This document shows positions 60,012 through 64,000 of a stretch of 64,000 bases of DNA, piece after piece (the first letter of the stretch is position 1; every line of letters begins with the position of its first letter). The DNA is from Desulfomicrobium sp. (lineage in GTDB: Bacteria; Desulfobacterota; Desulfovibrionia; Desulfovibrionales; Desulfomicrobiaceae). A program made the translations under genes and the position numbers. The stretch is taken from positions 384,001 to 448,000 of the forward strand of contig JAXGMI010000002.1 of assembly GCA_040768745.1 (NCBI GenBank). Reading direction: 5' to 3'. Under the pieces are notes generated by a model. The model did no database searches, had not been told where the DNA came from, and saw only the letters and a program-made list of their open reading frames with translations.

Positions 60012-61298
60012 TCAGCGGTCCTTCATGAGGACGTAGTCCCGTATGTTCGGTCCAACATAGACTTGCCGCGGACGATGAATGCGCGTGCTCTCTTCCATGT
60101 GCTGTTCATGCCAGTGGGCGATCCAACCAGGCATGCGGCCCATGGCGAACATGACCGGGAACATGTTCACCGGAATGTTCAGTGCGCGCAGGATGAGTCC
60201 GGAATAGAAGTCCACATTGGGGTAGAGCCTGCGGGAGAGGAAAAACTCGTCCTTCAGGGCGATCTCCTCCAGTTCCTGGGCAATGTCCAACAGCCGGTCA
60301 TTGATTCTGAGGGAATTCAGGAGCTCGGTGGCGCATTCCTTCAGGACCTTGGCCCGGGGATCGAAATTCTTGTACACCCGGTGGCCGAAACCCATGAGCC
60401 GGAACTCCTTCTTCTTCACCTTCTCGATACAGTCCTTGACGGTGAAATCCCCTTCCCGGATGTGCTGGAGCATGTGCACCACGGCGGAGTTGGCGCCCCC
60501 ATGCAGCCGTCCCCACAGCGCGCAGATGCCGGCAGAAACCGAGGCGAAAAGGTTGGCTTCGGAGGATCCAACCATGCGCACCGTGGAGCAGGAGCAATTC
60601 TGCTCGTGGTCAGCATGGACCAGCAGGAAGAGATCCAGCGCCTTCTGGGCCTCGGGCGAAGGCACGTGCTCCTTGTAAGGCACGGTGAACATCATGTGCA
60701 GGAAATTCTCACAGTAGGAACGGCTCGGATCCGGATAGATGATGGGACGGCCCATGGACTTGCGGTAGCTGAAAGCCGCGATGGTCCTCACCTTGCTCAT
60801 CAGTTTGGCCACGGCCTGCCGGAATTCCTCCACGGTCTCGATCTGCAGCAGGTCCGGATGATAGGCCCCCAGGGAATTGATGACCGCCGAGAGAATGGCC
60901 ATGGGATGCCCGTGGGGCGGGAAGCCCTCGAAGTGGTGCATGAGATCCTCATGCAGAAGGGCCTGATCTCCGAGCATGGTCCGGAAGGCCTCGCGCTCTT
61001 CCCTGGAAGGGAGTTCCCCGAAAACCAGCAGCATGGCTGTTTCCACGAAGGAACTGAATTTGGCCAGCTGTTCGATGGGGTAGCCGCGATAGCGCAGGAT
61101 TCCTTTTTCCCCGTCCACAAAACTGATGGCGCTGTAACACGCCCCTGTATTGGCGTAGCCCGGATCGAACGTGATCACCCCGGCCTGGCTGCGCAGGTTG
61201 CTCACGTCCAGGGCCACCTCGTCCTCCGTACCCCGGAGCACAGGCAACTCGTATGTCTGCCCGTCGATGATCAACGTGGCCGTTTCGGATTTATGCAT
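60012..61298 (-). CDS. gltA: Citrate synthase (type II)
   Basis: HADHEQNCS, LHGGAN, GFGHRVY, YPNVDFYSG. Confidence 0.97.
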   Translation of the reverse strand: MHKSETATLIIDGQTYELPVLRGTEDEVALDVSNLRSQAGVITFDPGYANTGACYSAISFVDGEKGILRYRGYPIEQLAKFSSFVETAMLLVFGELPSREEREAFRTMLGDQALLHEDLMHHFEGFPPHGHPMAILSAVINSLGAYHPDLLQIETVEEFRQAVAKLMSKVRTIAAFSYRKSMGRPIIYPDPSRSYCENFLHMMFTVPYKEHVPSPEAQKALDLFLLVHADHEQNCSCSTVRMVGSSEANLFASVSAGICALWGRLHGGANSAVVHMLQHIREGDFTVKDCIEKVKKKEFRLMGFGHRVYKNFDPRAKVLKECATELLNSLRINDRLLDIAQELEEIALKDEFFLSRRLYPNVDFYSGLILRALNIPVNMFPVMFAMGRMPGWIAHWHEQHMEESTRIHRPRQVYVGPNIRDYVLMKDR

Positions 61299-61430
61299 AG
61301 ATTCTCCCCTTCCAGTTCACTCAGCTCAGGACAAAGGATTGCACTGGCCGTTCTCCCACAAACCTCAGGCCGACGATGCGGCACGCAGGCGTCTGCCGGA
61401 AGACCGCCGATGCACCAGACGCCAGGAACA

Positions 61431-64000
61431 TTACCGCCCGGGTTCCCACTCCCACAGGGACAGGCGCATTTCCACCAGCTCTTCCTCGTAGTTGTGGGTC
61501 ACGCTCAGCCCAAAACGTTTGGCCAGGCCGATCATGCCCTTGTTGCGGGGCATGGTCTGGCCTTCGAGGTAACGGGTTCCGCGACTTTTGCAGTAGCGGA
61601 TCATCTTCTCGAACAGAAGGGATCCAAGGGCAGTTCCTTTCATGTCCGAACGGACGATGATGGCGAATTCGGCCGAGGAATTGTCTGGCTTGGTCGATGT
61701 GCGCACCACGCCCAGGGTTTCGGGCGTGTCCCCCACCGTGCGCGTGGCGATGAAGGCCATTTCCCGGTCATAGTCGATCTGGGTGAACTTGGGCATGTCG
61801 CTCAACACAAAGTTCTGCACCAGCCCAAAGAAACGCAGGCGCAGGTCCTCCTCGGACAGGCTGTGGATGAAATTCAAATGGGCCACGGCGTCCTCGGGTC
61901 GGATGGGCCGCAGCAGGACCTGTTCGCCGGTTTTGAGGCGCACGCATTCCTCCAGCTCGCGCGGGTAGGGCCGGATGGCCAGACGCTCCGGACCGGTCCC
62001 GTGGGCAGGCTGGATCCAGATTCGGGCCCCCAGGGCCAACACCCCCTTGTCGTCGGCAAAGAGCGGATTCATTTCCAGGCCCACGATCTGGGGCACATCG
62101 ATGACCAGCTGGTTGACCTGGATCAAGGCCAGGCAGATGTCCTCGATGTCGGCGCCGGCATGCCGCTTGGAGCCTGCCAGCAGTTTGGAGATGCGCGTGC
62201 GGAAGATGAGTTCCCTGGCCAACCCCATGTTCAGGGGCGGCAAGGCCACGGCCTCGTCCTTGATGATCGGCGCGGCAACTCCGCCATGCCCGAAGCGCAG
62301 CATGGGCCCAAACGTTTTGTCCGTGAAGACGGAAATAAAGAGTTCGTGGGCCCCGGGACGACGCCCCATCTTCTGCACCGTGAAACCCTCGATGTAGGCG
62401 TTGGGCACCTGGGAGTGGACGCGGGCAGACATGTTGGCCGCTGCTTCGAAAACCAGGTCCGGCGTGGTCAAGTCCAGGGCCACACCACCTATGTCGAAGG
62501 GGTGGACGATCTGCGGGGATCTGATCTTGAGGGCCACGGGAAAGCCGATTTCCGAGGCCGCATCCACGGCCTGCATGGCCGATCTGCAGATTCTGGTTTC
62601 CACGACCGGCACGCCATAGGACTCCAGAACCTGACGGGCCTCCTCTTCCGAAAGCATGGTCCGTCCCTGCTCCAGTGCGGCCTTGATCACCCCCTGGGCC
62701 CGGGTTGTGTCAGGAAAGAAATCCGCCGGCAGTGAGTCGGGCGTCTGCATGAGGATCTGTTGTGTCCGCTTGTAGCTCAGCATGTGCAGATAGGCCAGGA
62801 CAGCCCTTCCTGGCCGGTCAAAAATAGGGATGTTCGCCTCCTCGAAAATGTCCTTGGTCTCCCGCACCGTCTCCTCGCCCAGCCAGTTGGCCAGCACCAG
62901 ACAACGACTGGTCTTGGCCACCTGGCTGACGGACTGGGCGATCTCCAGGCTGGACGCGCCCTGAAACGGCACGTGCAGGATGAGCACACAGCCCACGTCC
63001 TTGGCCCGGACCAGAATGCCCAGCACCCGAGCGTACATGTCGGCCGTGGCGTTGTACGGCAGGGTGATGGGATTGTCCGAGCAGCGCTCCGGCCCCAGGA
63101 TTTCCTCCAGCTTAAGCTGGGTCTCCTCGGTGATGGTGGCCAGCTCCCCCCCGCCGCTGACCAGGGCATCGGCCGCCAAGAGGCCGATACTCTGGCCATT
63201 GCTCATGATGGCCAGGGTGTTGCCGCGCAACGGCTTGTAGTTGGCCAGGGTCCTGGCCCCCTCGAACAGGGAGTCGATGTCGTGCACGCGGACCATGCCG
63301 GCGCGGCGGAAGGCCGCGTCGTAGATAAGGTCCTGATCGGATTCCGTCAGTTCCGCCGCGGCGTCCCGCAGGCTGCACGGCAGACGGCGCGGCCGAATGA
63401 CCAGGATGGGCTTGTTGCGGGCGCTGGCCCGGGCCGCGGACATGAACCTCCGGGCGTCCTGAATGGTTTCCACGTAGAGGAGAATGGCTTTGGTGGCCGG
63501 GTCTGAGCCGAGATAGTCCAGCACCGAACTGAAATCCACATCCAGCTGACGGCCCAGGGAGACGCAAAGGGAAAAGCCGACACTGTTGGTCTTGGCCCAG
63601 TCCAGCACCGATTCGAACAGGCTGTCGGACTGGGTCACAAAGGCGATGCGTCCTTCCTTGGCCCCGAACCGCGACAAACTGGCATTGACCCCGGAAGAGG
63701 GAACGATCATGCCCACCCCCCCGGGACCCAGAACGCGGATCTGCTTTTCCCGGACCACGGCCCGGATCTTTTCCTCCACCTGTTCCCTCTCCTTGGAGTC
63801 CAGGTTGGAATATCCCCAGTGCATGATCATGGCCACGTGAGTGCCGTTGTCGGCCAGCTCGGCCAGCAGTTTCGGGGCATCGAAGACCGAGGAGCAGAGA
63901 ATGGCCATGTCCGGAGTCAATGGCAGGCTTTTCACGTCCACATAGGACAGGACCCCGAAGATCGCCTCCTGAGCCCCGGAAACGGGAAGGACAGGCCCCA
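61431..64000 (-). CDS. Bifunctional acetate-CoA-ligase-family / GNAT protein acetyltransferase (Pat/YfiQ-like); 5' end outside the window
   Basis: CoA-binding/ligase region, ATP-grasp (GFPVALKI), LAIRPYP, C-terminal GNAT (IDYDREMAF). Confidence 0.92.
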   Translation of the reverse strand, partial: GPVLPVSGAQEAIFGVLSYVDVKSLPLTPDMAILCSSVFDAPKLLAELADNGTHVAMIMHWGYSNLDSKEREQVEEKIRAVVREKQIRVLGPGGVGMIVPSSGVNASLSRFGAKEGRIAFVTQSDSLFESVLDWAKTNSVGFSLCVSLGRQLDVDFSSVLDYLGSDPATKAILLYVETIQDARRFMSAARASARNKPILVIRPRRLPCSLRDAAAELTESDQDLIYDAAFRRAGMVRVHDIDSLFEGARTLANYKPLRGNTLAIMSNGQSIGLLAADALVSGGGELATITEETQLKLEEILGPERCSDNPITLPYNATADMYARVLGILVRAKDVGCVLILHVPFQGASSLEIAQSVSQVAKTSRCLVLANWLGEETVRETKDIFEEANIPIFDRPGRAVLAYLHMLSYKRTQQILMQTPDSLPADFFPDTTRAQGVIKAALEQGRTMLSEEEARQVLESYGVPVVETRICRSAMQAVDAASEIGFPVALKIRSPQIVHPFDIGGVALDLTTPDLVFEAAANMSARVHSQVPNAYIEGFTVQKMGRRPGAHELFISVFTDKTFGPMLRFGHGGVAAPIIKDEAVALPPLNMGLARELIFRTRISKLLAGSKRHAGADIEDICLALIQVNQLVIDVPQIVGLEMNPLFADDKGVLALGARIWIQPAHGTGPERLAIRPYPRELEECVRLKTGEQVLLRPIRPEDAVAHLNFIHSLSEEDLRLRFFGLVQNFVLSDMPKFTQIDYDREMAFIATRTVGDTPETLGVVRTSTKPDNSSAEFAIIVRSDMKGTALGSLLFEKMIRYCKSRGTRYLEGQTMPRNKGMIGLAKRFGLSVTHNYEEELVEMRLSLWEWEPGR

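Noticed and set aside
60063..62735. 890-aa + strand ORF
   Set aside because: Shadow of gltA and the Pat-like gene.

Overview
High-GC chromosomal window from a sulfate-reducing Desulfovibrionales-type bacterium, probably Desulfomicrobium-like (inferred from gene content, not from a search). Bases 1-18.8 kb are housekeeping genes: hemC, gmhA, a livKHMGF ABC transporter, mucR, a radical SAM gene, mazG, cmk, hisC, selA and folC. A tRNA-Arg(TCT) gene at 18803-18879 is the integration site of a ~17 kb accessory region. Element 1 (18880-31191) appears complete. It is bounded by a 50-bp tRNA 3' direct repeat and matching arm-type repeats. It carries a type I R-M system and a capsid-less, phage-satellite-like core: integrase, excisionase, HTH Rep, a cos-like site and a four-gene module (Zn-ribbon / acidic micropeptide / HVTVE-motif protein / HGGxSTG protein). 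Directly after it lies a decayed second element with a diverged copy of the same four-gene module, followed by IS1380, PEP-CTERM and ISL3 relics. From 36.1 kb come the lactate-oxidation operon (por, lactate permease, two D-LDH-like subunits, pta, ackA) with its sigma54 two-component regulator and three palindromic upstream sites, then further housekeeping genes (pyrC, dus, gltA, a Pat-type acetyltransferase). The most novel-looking signal is the satellite-like element and its duplicated module, which includes two unannotated, highly acidic 41-49 aa peptides. All calls come from reading motifs by eye; no database searches were run.
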